Origin: Thermoplasmata archaeon
GTDB taxonomy: Archaea; Thermoplasmatota; SW-10-69-26; JACQPN01; JAJPHT01
Direction of reading: 5' to 3'
DNA length: 45,576 nucleotides
Assembly: GCA_034667685.1 (NCBI GenBank)
Contig: JAXDQU010000105.1
Span: forward strand, 1-45,576
In this document: positions 9,101 through 19,331 of the stretch, one piece after another
How the letters are laid out: each line of letters starts with the position of its first letter
Position numbering within the stretch: position 1 is the stretch's first letter
Program-made: the position numbers and the translations under genes
The notes under the pieces: generated by a model
Seen by the model: only the letters and a program-made list of their open reading frames with translations
What the model was told of the DNA's origin: nothing
Database searches by the model: none

Positions 9101-9904
9101 GGTGATGGTCTGCCCGTTGGTGGGGCTCGTCATCGTCACCGAGCCGTCCTCGCCCTGGGTGATGTTGAAGTTCTTCGTGGACCAGTAGTAGAGGCCGGAG
9201 TTGTAGACGCGGCACCGGGCCTCGTAGGAGCCCGAGCCGGTGATGCCCCACTGGGCCATCGTGCGCGTGGCCGTGTACGGGGAAGAGCCCGCGTAGCCCT
9301 GGCTGAAGTCGTATCCGCCGACGCCGGCCTGGCGGACCGCGAACACGACGCCCGCGCCATACGTCCCGTCGCTCTGCGGCGCGTGGGTCGTCGTGCACGT
9401 GATGGAGAGCGAGGCGCCGCTGGAGAAGGAGAAGCTCTGTCCGTTGGTGGGGCTGGTCATGCTCACCGAGCCGTCTTCGCCGGAGGTCGCGATGACGACG
9501 TTGAACGTGCGCGTCGCCCAGTAGTAGGTGCCCGCATTGTAGACGCGGCAGCGCGCCTCGTAGGAGCCCGAGCCGGTGATGCCCCACTGCGCCATCGTCC
9601 GGGTCGCGGTGTAGGGCGAGGTGCCCGCGTAGCCTTGGTTGAAGTCGAACCCGCCCGTGTTGTACGGCCGCACGGCGAAGACGATGCCGGCGCCGTACGT
9701 GCCGTCGCTCTGCGGCGTGTGCGTCGTCGTGCAGGTGATCGAGAGCGTGGTGCCGCTGGTGTAGTACGTGACGGTCTGCCCGCTCGTGGGGCTCGTCATC
9801 GTCACGGACCCGTCCTCGCCTTGCGCGACGGCAAGAGGCGCGAGCAGGGGCAAGACGAAGCTTAGCAGCACGACCAGCAAGGTCGCGGACGTGTTGTTGG
9901 TCAT
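6173..9904 (-). CDS. Large secreted protein: signal peptide, 6 Ig-like repeats, PKD domain, PPC-like domain, C-terminal SGNH/GDSL hydrolase
   Basis: Signal ...APLAVA/QGEDG; six ~107-aa repeats; PKD YTVDWGDG...SHTY; SGNH blocks LGDSVAAG, ISGA, TVGAND, HPTPAGQ. Confidence 0.9.
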   Translation of the reverse strand: MTNNTSATLLVVLLSFVLPLLAPLAVAQGEDGSVTMTSPTSGQTVTYYTSGTTLSITCTTTHTPQSDGTYGAGIVFAVRPYNTGGFDFNQGYAGTSPYTATRTMAQWGITGSGSYEARCRVYNAGTYYWATRTFNVVIATSGEDGSVSMTSPTNGQSFSFSSGASLSITCTTTHAPQSDGTYGAGVVFAVRQAGVGGYDFSQGYAGSSPYTATRTMAQWGITGSGSYEARCRVYNSGLYYWSTKNFNITQGEDGSVTMTSPTNGQTITNSPLSISCTTTHAPQSDGTYGAGMVFAVRPAGTGAFDFSQGYASASPYTATRTFAQWGITGAGSYEARCRVYDSGNYFWSTRTFSVTQGEDGTVTMTSPTSGQVISPSATLSITCTTTHTPQSDGTYGAGVVFAVRPANTGAFDFSQGYAGSSPYTATRTLAQWGITGSGSYEARCRVYDGGLYFWSTRTFSITQGEDGSITMTSPTEGQSISGSSTIPITCTTTHTPQSDGTYGAGIVFAVRPAGTGGFDFSQGYAGASPYTASRTPAQWGITGPGSYEARCRVYEGGLYFWSTRTFTMTQGEDGTVTMTSPANGQSVSGATLSITCTTTHTPQSDGTYGAGVVFAVRPAGVGGFDFNQGYAGSSPYTATRTMAQWGITGSGSYEARCRVYEGGFYYWSTRTFTFVNTAPVIDVFSCGLSMSTANQAVDCTLNGHDVDSSGLSYTVDWGDGSAYLQVPATGTVANNAAQTASHTYGVGTYTIRLQAMDAGGGASAWRTLSQTVGGCGGPSNNCAPSAVSLTDDSTYAEGSVAGATLDSGEPQACNAGTATVWFRYNAPATPHRVVFDTMGSSYDTVATVYTGATMQSLSQVACDDEWGGTHQSRVEWIPAAGATYYIQVAGHGAGTGTLQVGLRASRLLALGDSVAAGYGTGPSVSGYPDSPDAYVYRIGTAKSFAYTADVAISGACAAKVANGDSRTDPNCNKNILGDELTVLPWTPTDVVITVGANDIDFSDCLVAYIKNSGNDPCQTRLTDNTAALQANLRTVLQQVKAVGPVRPNIVVTKYYNPFPPALAAGEDVNHVCDLWFPAAMARDHSVTDPLAAQDHNGPYFRSRAALQQRDAAQYVTNVITTLNNAIQAAADAEGVPTVQLDFQGHEVCATIRGLPGPSWVYAPTWQDSFYASGDPEGPSDYTARWMGDACSAANNHDPAIPPYTSSFPGIYSYEMDFWSQCMPHPTPAGQQAIADAVALRLVG
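7880..9823 (-). repeat. Six tandem ~320-bp coding repeats
   Basis: Each unit reads (Q/S)GEDG...CTTTH.PQSDGTYGAG.VFAVR...QGYA..SPYTA.RT.AQWGITG.GSYEARCRVY...W.T..F; lengths 113/109/106/107/107/106 aa. Confidence 0.95.
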
Positions 9905-10042
9905 GGCACTTCCCCACGGAGGCGCGCGGCAGCTCCTGCCAAAGCGGGGGCCTCCCGGGACATCGTAGGGACGAACATCTAGGAATGCTTGACGCTGCTA
10001 GCAACGCGCACGTTGCGTTCCCCGAAGGGTACGGAGGCCCCC

Positions 10043-10495
10043 TCAGACGACCTTGAACGTCGCGTGCATGCCGGCCGCGTCGTGCCCGGGCAGCTCGCAG
10101 AGGGCGTGATAGCTTCCGGTCGCGTAGGCGGTGAAGGTCCAGGATTCCGCGGCCTGGTGGAGCTCCATCTCGGGCGAGACGGGTGGGAAGGCGTACGGGA
10201 GCCCCTGGAGGTTGAAGTCGTGCGAGTGGTCGCCGCCGTCGTCGTTGACGAGGTGGAACGTGACGCGGTCGCGCTTGTGCACGGTCACGGTGGGCTGGTC
10301 GCCTCCGGAGCAGACGCCGGGCGTCGTGGCGGCGCCGTCGCAGCGCATGTACATCTTGCCCCCGCCCAGGGTGCCCAGGTGGAAGGTGACGTCGACGTGG
10401 TTGCCGTTGCTGACCTCGGCGTACGCGACGATGGCGCCGTAGAGGAGCGCGAGCACGACCACGACAAGGAGCGTGCGCTTCAGCCAGGGTTGCAT
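10043..10495 (-). CDS. Membrane-anchored cupredoxin (type-1 blue copper protein)
   Basis: N-terminal TM helix; HDF...C-ELPG-H-DAAG-M ligand set (His, Cys, His, Met). Confidence 0.85.
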   Translation of the reverse strand: MQPWLKRTLLVVVVLALLYGAIVAYAEVSNGNHVDVTFHLGTLGGGKMYMRCDGAATTPGVCSGGDQPTVTVHKRDRVTFHLVNDDGGDHSHDFNLQGLPYAFPPVSPEMELHQAAESWTFTAYATGSYHALCELPGHDAAGMHATFKVV

Positions 10496-10540
10496 GCGCG
10501 GGCAAGCCCTCGGGCCCGATTTGAAGGCTGCGGAAAAGGC

Positions 10541-10915
10541 TCAGGCGGCGGGGGGCTCCCGCAGCGTCCAGGCGGCGTAGGCGCCCAGCGCGGTCCCGGC
10601 GAGGCCGAGGACGATCATGATGCGGCGCAGGTTGACCGGGTAGTCGGCCGACCACCACTCGGCCAGCAGCGCGAGCGAGACGACCGCGAGGGCGACGCCC
10701 GCGGGCACGCGTGTCCAGCGCGCGGCGCCCCACGCGCCGATCGCGAGCACGAGGAGCCCTTCGACGACGCTGAAGACGATGGCCGCGGTCTCCAGGCTGG
10801 GCGTGAGCAGCGTCGCGACGAGGACGATGCCACCTACCGCGGCGGCGAGCCCGAGCGCGGCGCGGGCGTTGGCGGGGTCGGCCATCGCGGGCGCATCGCC
10901 CAAGCCTGGCTTCAA
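10541..10915 (-). CDS. Small 4-TM membrane protein
   Basis: Four hydrophobic segments; 4-nt overlap with the upstream gene. Confidence 0.6.
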   Translation of the reverse strand: MKPGLGDAPAMADPANARAALGLAAAVGGIVLVATLLTPSLETAAIVFSVVEGLLVLAIGAWGAARWTRVPAGVALAVVSLALLAEWWSADYPVNLRRIMIVLGLAGTALGAYAAWTLREPPAA

Positions 10916-11583
10916 CTCCGCCGCCGCGCGAGGGCCGCCAGCGCGAGCCCGGCCAGCGGCGCAAGGACGGGCAAGGGCGACCGTTTCTCGGCCTGGGCCG
11001 CGGCGGGCGTCGCGGCGGCGGGCGTGGCGTCGCCGGGCACGATCTGGACCTGGATACGCCCCGCGGCCGTCGCGTTGGTCGTCGGGTCGCGCGCCAGGAC
11101 CATGAGCCCGAGCTGGCAGCCCACGGGCGTGTCCCGCGAGACGACGACGTGCATCGTCGCGCTGGCCGAGCCGCCCGCGGGCACCGTGAGGTTCGCCGCG
11201 TCGAGCGTCGCTTCCACGGGCGGCGGCGCGGCGCTCGTGTCGTTGCGGGGGCGGAACCCGCTGCTCGCGAGCAGCTCCAGGGTCAGGTCCGTCGAGCCGT
11301 TGCTCGTGAGCGTGACCTTCACGTCGCCCTGGCCGCCGGGCGCGACGTCGAGCGGGCCGGCCGGGTCGAAGCTGAACGCGATGGTGTCCAGCCGGGTGAA
11401 GCTGCCGAACCCGCCGCCATCCTGCGTGCGGTTGCCGGTGCGGTTGCGGAACCCGCCGCCCGCGCCTCCCCCGCCGAAGCCGCCCCGCCCGCAGCCGGAG
11501 GGCGGCGCCCCCTGCTGCTGCGCGAGCGCGGCCGGTGATAGCAAAAGGAGGGCGAGGAAGATGGCGAGGGCGAGGGGGCGCAT
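10912..11583 (-). CDS. Secreted Ig-like protein with Gly-rich N-terminus and C-terminal TM/sorting signal
   Basis: Signal ...PAALA/QQQG; GGFGGGG; C-terminus KRSPLPVLAPLAGLALAALARRRS. Confidence 0.75.
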   Translation of the reverse strand: MRPLALAIFLALLLLSPAALAQQQGAPPSGCGRGGFGGGGAGGGFRNRTGNRTQDGGGFGSFTRLDTIAFSFDPAGPLDVAPGGQGDVKVTLTSNGSTDLTLELLASSGFRPRNDTSAAPPPVEATLDAANLTVPAGGSASATMHVVVSRDTPVGCQLGLMVLARDPTTNATAAGRIQVQIVPGDATPAAATPAAAQAEKRSPLPVLAPLAGLALAALARRRS

Positions 11584-11584
11584 G

Positions 11585-12961
11585 TCACAGCCTCTTGAGC
11601 GCGACGACGGGATCGAGACGCGCGGCCTTGCGCGCGGGGATCAGGCCCGCGACGACCGCGACGAGGATGGCGAAGAGGATGACGAGCGCGAACATGCTGA
11701 CGGTGAAGACCGGGTGCGCGGTGGTGGTCGTGCCGCCCAGCGCGCCGCCGCCCCCCTGGAAGCCGCCCCCGCCGAATCCTCCGCCGCCGCGGCCGCCGAA
11801 GCCGCCGCCTCCCGTGGTGGGACGCACCGCGCCGCCCACGGCCGAGGTGGTCACGACCGCGGGCGCGGCGTTGGCTCCGCCGGCGCGCCGGCTCGCGAAG
11901 CCCGAGAAGATGCCGCCGATGCCGTAGGCCACGCCCACGCCCAGGAGGCAGCCCAGCACGCCGCCGATGACGCCGGTGAGGCTCGCCTCCATGAGGAAGA
12001 CGCCCAGCACCTCGCGCCCCTTGAAGCCGAGCGCCTTGAGCGTGCCGATCTCGGTGGTGCGCTCGATGACGCTCACGAACATCGTGTTGGCGATGCCCAC
12101 GCCCGCGACGATCAGCGAGATCGCGGCGATGCTGCCCAGGAGCGTCGAGATAGTGCCGAAGACGCTGCTGATGGTGACGGCGAGCTGCGTGCCGGAGAGC
12201 ACGCGCGCGTTGCTCGGGTACGCCGCCTGCAATTCGTTCTGGACGTTCTGCACGTTGTCGGGCGAGTCGGCGAAGACGACGATCTGGTTGTAGTGCGTCG
12301 GCTGGAGACGGAGGATCTGCTGCGCGGCCTGCGTCGAGACGAAGACGGTGTTGTCCACGTCGACGAACGGCGCGCTGCCGAAGGGCGCCGCGATGCCGGT
12401 CACGATGAACGTGCGCGTGATCGTCTGTTCGGCGCGCTGGCCCGGCACGCGCACCTGCGTGGTGATCTGCACCGGGTCGCCCACGCCCACGAGCGGCTTC
12501 GTGGTGTCCGTGGGCGTCGCGGCGCCGCTCCCCAGGAAGACGGACGTGAGGTCGCCGTCGGGGAAGAGCGCGCCGTCCTGCACCTGCATGCCCTTCACGA
12601 GCGCGTCGACCTGGTCGGGCGGGATGCCCACGATCGACACGCTGTCCGTCGCGGCCGTGCGCGTGATCGTGCCGGAGCCCGTGACGGTGAGGAACGCGGT
12701 CTGCACGTTGTCCATCGACTCGATGTTCGTGATATCAGCGTCGGTGAAGTTGAGGTTCGGGCCCGTCGTGCGCAGGAGCAGCACCGTGGGGCCGAGCTTC
12801 TCCAGCTGGCCGCTGATGGCCGCGCTCTGACCCTGCGTGCTCGCCTCCAGCGCGATGATCATGCTCGTGCCGATGACGATGCCCAGGACGGTCAGCGCGG
12901 TGCGCATCTTGCGCTCGCGCAGGCCGCCTGCCGCGAGCTTGAGGCCGTCGACGAGGCGCAC
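11585..12961 (-). CDS. ABC transporter permease, MacB/FtsX family
   Basis: RTALTVLGIVIG; ISLIVAGVGIANTMFVSVIERTTEIGTLKALG; GLIPARKAARLDPVVALK. Confidence 0.93.
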   Translation of the reverse strand: MRLVDGLKLAAGGLRERKMRTALTVLGIVIGTSMIIALEASTQGQSAAISGQLEKLGPTVLLLRTTGPNLNFTDADITNIESMDNVQTAFLTVTGSGTITRTAATDSVSIVGIPPDQVDALVKGMQVQDGALFPDGDLTSVFLGSGAATPTDTTKPLVGVGDPVQITTQVRVPGQRAEQTITRTFIVTGIAAPFGSAPFVDVDNTVFVSTQAAQQILRLQPTHYNQIVVFADSPDNVQNVQNELQAAYPSNARVLSGTQLAVTISSVFGTISTLLGSIAAISLIVAGVGIANTMFVSVIERTTEIGTLKALGFKGREVLGVFLMEASLTGVIGGVLGCLLGVGVAYGIGGIFSGFASRRAGGANAAPAVVTTSAVGGAVRPTTGGGGFGGRGGGGFGGGGFQGGGGALGGTTTTAHPVFTVSMFALVILFAILVAVVAGLIPARKAARLDPVVALKRL

Positions 12962-12967
12962 GCGGCC

Positions 12968-14979
12968 TCACCTTGCCTTGCGACGCGCGAGGGCGAGGCC
13001 CGCCACCGAGACGAGGACGATCCCGAGCCCGAGCGCTGGCACCTTGCTGGTGGTCGTCGTGGCCGCCTGCGACCGTCCCGTTCCGCCCGCGCGCAGCGCC
13101 ACGGGCTGCTCGTAGGTGAGGCTGTGGATCGTGCCGTAGTCGTCGTTCCACGTCAGCGTCAGCGTGGCGTTGTTGCCGCCGCGCCCGCCAAAGCCGCCGC
13201 CCCGGCCGCCGAACCCGCCGCCCGTGCGATTCACCGGGACGCCGCCGCTACCCTGGCCGCGCTGGCCGAAGCCGCCGGTGCCGTTGCCGCCCGTCGCGTT
13301 CGTCGCGTTGAGCAGCGTCGTGGGCAGCGTGAAAGGCAGGGCGGTGTTCGGGTCGAGGTCGCCCAGGTAGACGGGGTCCGTCGGGAGGAAGCCGCCGCCG
13401 AACCCGACGCTCAAGTACGCATTGTGGGCCACCGCATTCCCAAGATTGGTGAGCGTGCCGGCGAGCGTGACGGCGCTCGTGCTCGTGGAGCCGGAGAGCC
13501 CCGTGAGCTGCACGTCGACGGTGCCCACGACGGCGACGCCGTAGTTGAACGTCTGCGCGTGCGCGCCGCCGCTCTCGTCGTTCCAGCTCACGACCATGCT
13601 GATCGGGTAGACGTCGGAGGCGCTCTTCGCCGTGAGAAGGTCGAGCGTCACGACGGTGCCGTTGCCCGCGCCCAGGTCGTCGAGCGTCTGCGCGTCGCTC
13701 GCGTTGATCGGCGTGATGAGGCCGGAGGCGGGGAGCTTGAACGTCACCGAGGGTTGGAGCAGCGCGCCCGCGCCGCCGTTGGTCAGCGTGAAACGCAGCG
13801 CGTCCTCGCGCCCAGCGCCGAGCCGGTTCCGGTCGAGCGTCGCGGTGAGGCCGGAGGGCGCGCCGGGCGACTGCGCCGCGACGCGGACGGTGAAGTTGTA
13901 GGCCTGCTGGTGGAACGCGCCCGCGTCATCGTACCAGCTCACGCTGAACGCGACAGGCTGTGGGTCCGCGGCGCCGGCCGCCACGAGCACGTCGAGCTCC
14001 GCGGTCCGGCTCTGGTGGGGCGCGAGGTCGCCGAACGACGTGGTGTCGGACGCGCTGAGCACGCTGAAGGGCGCGGGCGATCCGCCGGGCAGGCGGTACG
14101 CGCCCGCGACGTTGCTCGCCACCGCGTCGCCGCCGTTCGTGACGCGCACGACGACGCTGCCCGTCTGGTTCTGCGCGAGGCGCGCCGAGACGAGCGAGAC
14201 CTGGAGCGGGCCGGGCAGCGGCTCCGCGACGCGCACCGTGAGCTGGTGCATCTCCTGCACGGCGGCGCCCGCGGCGTTGCTGTAGGCGAGCGCGAGGTTG
14301 AGCGTCTCCGGTCCCGGCTGCGAGGGCGTGAGCACCGGCACCGCGAGCGTCGCCGCCTGGCCGGGAGCGAGGCCGCCCACGCTGAACACGTTGTCGCGGC
14401 CGCTGACGGCGAGCGAGCTGCCCGCCGCGGGCGTGATGGTGAGCGTGACGCCGCCCGCCGCGCCGCTGCCCGTGTCGTTGACCACGAGCGGGAGCGTCGC
14501 GTGCGCGCTCGCGGGGAGCGTGATGGCGCTCGACGTGATCGTGAGCGCGGCGTGGCCCGTCAGGCGCGCGTTGATCGTGAGCGCGTAGGTGCGCACGGCC
14601 GTCGTTCCCTTGGGCGCCATCGTGAGCGCGAGCGGGATCTGCACGGCGCCGGTCGGGCTTGCCGTGGAGTCGACGTTGACGGTGAAATGCGGGTTCCAGA
14701 CCGAGCCGGGCGTGAAGTCGCCCGAGAGCGTCGCGGTCTCGCCGCCGGGCGCGGGGTGCACGGCCGCGGTGTCGGAGAGCGTGGCCGAGACGCTCGAGTA
14801 GGTCGCGCTGTCCATGTCCTGGAGGTCGACCGAGAGCGTGCGCCCCACGTCGCCCGGGGCGGCCTCCGTGCCGGCCCATCCCGCGCCGGTGACGCTGACC
14901 GGGTTGTCGAGGAGGGCGCTGGCGCCGGGGAGCAGCGCGGGGACGAGCAGGAGCGAGGCGGCGAGGACGGCGGTTCGGT

Positions 14980-14983
<4 letters not shown>
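12968..14983 (-). CDS. COG1361-like S-layer-domain surface protein (tandem Ig-like domains, C-terminal anchor)
   Basis: Signal peptide; repeated ..N.G...A...LG.L.P units; C-terminus KVPALGLGIVLVSVAGLALARRKAR; lies between ABC ATPase and permease. Confidence 0.8.
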
Positions 14984-15678
<695 letters not shown>

Positions 15679-15815
15679 GCGCCCTCCATGCCGCGTCCCC
15701 CTCTTGACGGAGCACTTTTTTTGCGCTGCAGAAAGCCGGGCCCGGGAAGTGCAGGGCGCGCCTGGGCCCAGACGATGCGGAGCGTTCAAGCGCCGGGGGC
15801 CGGGTGAGCCGCGAC

Positions 15816-16508
15816 ATGGCCCCCGAGCGGGACGCGCCTTCCGAGATGACGCCCGAGGACGCGCTGACGCGCATGGCGAGCGTCACCGCGAGCACGCGGG
15901 GGCTGCGCACGCGCACGGAGGGGCTCACGCTCGCGATCTGGGCGATCTGCCTCGCCGCGAGCTACCTCACCATCGTCGTGCCGCTCTTCTTCGGGGGCCG
16001 GCCCGAGTTCGAGCGCGGCGGCAACTTCACGGGCAACTTCACCGGGGGACCCGGCGCGCGCCCCGAGCACACGCGCTTCGTCTTCGCGCCGCTTGCCCCG
16101 CTCGCGTGGTACGTCGTGGCGCTCGTCATGACCATCGGCGTCTGGCGCAGCGCGTCGCTCTCGTTCCAGACCGGCCTGACCACGCCGCGCCTCGTGGTGG
16201 TCATGGTGGGCTGGCTGGTCGTCTTCCTCGTGAGCGCGATCGTGCTCGCCTTCGTCGAAGGGGGCAACCCGCGCGCCGAGCACATCCTCGCCTGGGGCGT
16301 CGTGGTCGGCCTCTTCGCCGCCACCAACCCGCTCCGCTTCACGCCGCGCGGCCGCTGGGCCGCGGGCATCTCCGCCTTCGTGATCTTCGCCATCGGCGTC
16401 TTCGCGCTGCTGGCGCATTGGGACATACGTGATATCAGCATCCTCTCGGGCATAGGCCTGGGCGGCCCGCTCCTCCTCGCCGGACTCTATCTGATGTTCG
16501 TCGGGTGA
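15816..16508 (+). CDS. Multi-pass membrane protein
   Basis: About six hydrophobic helices; start could also be GTG 15804 or ATG 15846; directly upstream of a wHTH regulator. Confidence 0.7.
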   Translation: MAPERDAPSEMTPEDALTRMASVTASTRGLRTRTEGLTLAIWAICLAASYLTIVVPLFFGGRPEFERGGNFTGNFTGGPGARPEHTRFVFAPLAPLAWYVVALVMTIGVWRSASLSFQTGLTTPRLVVVMVGWLVVFLVSAIVLAFVEGGNPRAEHILAWGVVVGLFAATNPLRFTPRGRWAAGISAFVIFAIGVFALLAHWDIRDISILSGIGLGGPLLLAGLYLMFVG

Positions 16509-16520
16509 GGAGGCGGGGAC

Positions 16521-16835
16521 GTGGCCGGCGAAGGTCTCGATCCGCTGCTCCACCAGCCCACGAGGCTGGAGATCATGAGCCACCTCTACCGCAACCGCCA
16601 GGCCACGTTCACCGCGCTGCGCGACGACCTGAAGCTCACCGCGGGCAACCTGCAGAGCCACGGCGACAAGCTCCGCGCCGCGGGCTACGTCGACGTGCAC
16701 CGCGTCTTCGCGGGCGTCTTCGAGGTGCGCTGGAGCATCACGCCCGCGGGCGAGAAGGCGTTCGAGGCGTACTTCGCCGCGCTGCGCGAGTTGGTGCAGC
16801 GGCACGCCCCGACGCGCGATGAACGGGCCGACTGA
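16521..16835 (+). CDS. Winged-helix transcriptional regulator (HTH_34/ArsR-MarR-like)
   Basis: LDPLLHQPTRLEIM..L....TFTALRDDLKLTAGNL.SH...L..AGYV...ITPAG..AF..Y; SD GAGGAGG. Confidence 0.85.
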   Translation: MAGEGLDPLLHQPTRLEIMSHLYRNRQATFTALRDDLKLTAGNLQSHGDKLRAAGYVDVHRVFAGVFEVRWSITPAGEKAFEAYFAALRELVQRHAPTRDERAD

Positions 16836-16913
16836 GCTGGCGCCTCGGGAGCAGCCGCGCAGCGCGGACCGCAGCGCGACGTTGCGATCGCCGCCGTGGT
16901 GGAGCGCCCCGGC

Positions 16914-18518
16914 TCAACCGTAATGGAACGGCGGGGCGGCCGGCGCCGGATCGCTCGCGTCGAAGCGCACGACGTAGAGGCCGGTCGTGTCCTCGTTGAT
17001 CGCCAGCGTGCCGTCGGGGAGCGCGTCCACCTGCTCGTCGAAGGGGAGCGTGGGCGTCTTCTCGGGCAGGTAGGGCGAGAGCATCGCGGGGATGTAGACG
17101 CCGATGCTCGGCGGGGACTTGAGAAGCTCGGGCGTGCTGACGTCCGCGGCCCAGATGCCCGCGTGGTAGTCGCTGATGAAGAGCGTGCGGTTGACGAGCG
17201 CGAGGTAGTGCGGGCTGGCCTGGTACTCGGTCGTCCAGACGCCCGTGTCCTCAGGGAGGTGCCACTCGCCGACCTGCTTGAGGCTCGCCGGGTCGGTGTC
17301 GTCGAGCACGAACACCTGGCCGCCGGGCGTCTTCGTGTCGGTCTTCATCGGGCACTCCTGGCCCGCGAAGAGGTAGTGGTGGCCGTCCCACAGGGTGGGC
17401 GCGGGGAGCACCTCGTGGACCGCGCTGTGATAGCACGGGCCGTCGCCGTTGGGGTTGACGTTGAGCGGATGCGGCGGGACCCACTGCGCCACGAGCTGCG
17501 GCGTCTGCGGGTTGCTCATGTCGAGGATCAGGACGCCGCCCTCCCAGTCGGCGAGGTAGGCGTAGGTCTTGCCGTCCTTGGGGTGCTTCATCATCGCCAC
17601 GTCGGTGTGGCCGTTGCGCACGGGCGCGCTCACGTTGCCCTCGCTGCTCTGCGACACGGGCGGCGTGAAGTAGGTCGACTGGCGCACGAGCTTGACGCCC
17701 AGCGGCGTGTCCATGATCTGGTCGAAGGCGAAGTAGCCCAGCGCGTGGACGCTCGTGGAGACGGGCGAGCCGGGCGGGCGCGGCGGGCCGCCGAGCTCCG
17801 AGCCGATGACCCACGTGACGTTGTCGATGCGCGCCGTGCTGACGCTGTGCAGGTTGCGCTCCGGCATGGGGTCCCAGTCGGCGAACGCCGGGTGCGCGGG
17901 GTCGCTCACGTCCACGAGCACGATGCCGGGCGCCAGCACCGCGTCCTCGGGCAGCGCGAACTGGAGGTCCGCGTTGTCGGCGCAGAGGCCGTGGAAGCCC
18001 AGCACGGGCGGAGCGGGCAGCCCGCCCATGACCGGCGTGCGCGTCTGCTGGTCGAAGGCGAGCACGACGTACTTGCCGTCCGGCGTGATATCAGCGTCGT
18101 AGGAGCCCAGGCCCTTGGCGTAGAACTCGCCCACCTTCTGCGGGTGCGCGGAGTCCGTGACGTCCACGAGCACGAACGCGAGGTCGTTCTGGAAGGCGTT
18201 GACGACGTCGAGCACGCGGCCGTCCGCGCGCTGGGCCCAGCCGCCGCAGCCGTAGCCCGGCGCCGGCTTGCCCTTGTACTGCTCGGTGAGCAGCGGGTTC
18301 CAGCCCACGAGGTGGAAGTTGGGCGTCGAGAGGTTGAGGTGCTGCGTGATGTCCGAGTGGTTGTGCCCCTCGTCGTGGACCAGCGCGGCCTCGTACCACG
18401 TGGGCGCGAGCGACTTGGCGGAGGTCGTCGCGCTGGGGGCGTCCTTGGGCGCGAGGCACCCCGCCAGGACGGATGAGGCGACCATCAGCAGGGCGAACGG
18501 AACGACGAGGCGACGCAT
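16914..18518 (-). CDS. Lipoprotein with LVIVD-repeat beta-propeller
   Basis: Lipobox VLAGC; repeats FVLVDVTD..HP, IVLVDVSDP.HP, VLILDMSNP..P, VFVLDDTDP, IWAADVSTP. Confidence 0.85.
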   Translation of the reverse strand: MRRLVVPFALLMVASSVLAGCLAPKDAPSATTSAKSLAPTWYEAALVHDEGHNHSDITQHLNLSTPNFHLVGWNPLLTEQYKGKPAPGYGCGGWAQRADGRVLDVVNAFQNDLAFVLVDVTDSAHPQKVGEFYAKGLGSYDADITPDGKYVVLAFDQQTRTPVMGGLPAPPVLGFHGLCADNADLQFALPEDAVLAPGIVLVDVSDPAHPAFADWDPMPERNLHSVSTARIDNVTWVIGSELGGPPRPPGSPVSTSVHALGYFAFDQIMDTPLGVKLVRQSTYFTPPVSQSSEGNVSAPVRNGHTDVAMMKHPKDGKTYAYLADWEGGVLILDMSNPQTPQLVAQWVPPHPLNVNPNGDGPCYHSAVHEVLPAPTLWDGHHYLFAGQECPMKTDTKTPGGQVFVLDDTDPASLKQVGEWHLPEDTGVWTTEYQASPHYLALVNRTLFISDYHAGIWAADVSTPELLKSPPSIGVYIPAMLSPYLPEKTPTLPFDEQVDALPDGTLAINEDTTGLYVVRFDASDPAPAAPPFHYG

Positions 18519-18636
18519 GGCGCGGGCTCCCGGCGCGGCAGGTTCGCGGGCGGGTCTTAACCGTTCTTGTACTCAGAGCAGTCCGGTCAGAAGGCACGGC
18601 CAAACGCTTGAATACAAGCACGCATACACGTACCGC

Positions 18637-18855
18637 ATGACCTCCGTGAATGTCCAGTTTCGCGAGGACGAGGAGACGATCAAGTTCCTCGTCGGCCGCG
18701 GCCTGAAGCCCTCGGAGGTTGCCAAGGCGAGCTTCGAACGCGAGGTGCGTCGCCTGCAGGCGGAGGCGCACGCCGAGGAGCTGGCGGCCCTGGGCGTCAA
18801 GCTCCCTGACGGTCTTGCCGAGAGGGCCGTTCGCGCGAGCCGTGACTCGCGATGA
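18637..18855 (+). CDS. vapB: VapB-like antitoxin (RHH-type)
   Basis: 72-aa ORF (ATG 18637) ending ...AVRASRDSR, ATGA overlap with the PIN gene; promoter CAAACGCTTGAATA upstream. Confidence 0.75.
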   Translation: MTSVNVQFREDEETIKFLVGRGLKPSEVAKASFEREVRRLQAEAHAEELAALGVKLPDGLAERAVRASRDSR

Positions 18856-19283
18856 AGCCGCTCGTCATCGATTCGTCCGCGCGCATCGACACACTCCGCG
18901 ATCCAGGACTCGCTGGCCACCTCGTGGCCAACTACGACCTCTGCGCGCCTGCCCTTCTGCAATGGGAGATCGGGAACGTCGTCCACGCCAAGGAGCCCGC
19001 GGTGTTCGGCGATCCGGCGAAACGCAAGGCGGTCGTGCACGCGCTCGTGAGCCACGTCCGGCTCGTGGACCAGACGGGCCGGCTCGGGATGATCGCCGAC
19101 CTCGTCGATCGGCACGCGCTCTCCTTCTACGATGCGGCCTTTCTCCAGCTTGCGCTCGACGAGACGTGCGACCTGCTCACGCAGGACAAGAAGCTCCTCG
19201 GCGCCGCGACGCGCGAGATCGGGCCCAGCCGCGCCTGGAACCTCGCGCGGGCCAAGGCTGCGGTCGCGCAGGGCGCCTTCTGA
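18852..19283 (+). CDS. vapC: VapC-like PIN-domain ribonuclease toxin
   Basis: LVIDSS, WEIGNV, LSFYDAAFLQLA, LLTQDKKL PIN motifs. Confidence 0.9.
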   Translation: MKPLVIDSSARIDTLRDPGLAGHLVANYDLCAPALLQWEIGNVVHAKEPAVFGDPAKRKAVVHALVSHVRLVDQTGRLGMIADLVDRHALSFYDAAFLQLALDETCDLLTQDKKLLGAATREIGPSRAWNLARAKAAVAQGAF

Positions 19284-19331
19284 CACCTGGGCCGGGAGCG
19301 GCCTTAAGCCCCGTGGCGCCTGGTCGCTCCG

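Noticed and set aside
7880-9823. Repeats as a CRISPR array or DGR template/variable repeats
   Set aside because: They are ~320-bp in-frame coding units with synonymous divergence; there are no spacers, no evident adenine-specific pattern and no RT or cas genes.
18637-19283. VapBC pair as a novel system
   Set aside because: An ordinary archaeal type II toxin-antitoxin module with standard PIN motifs.
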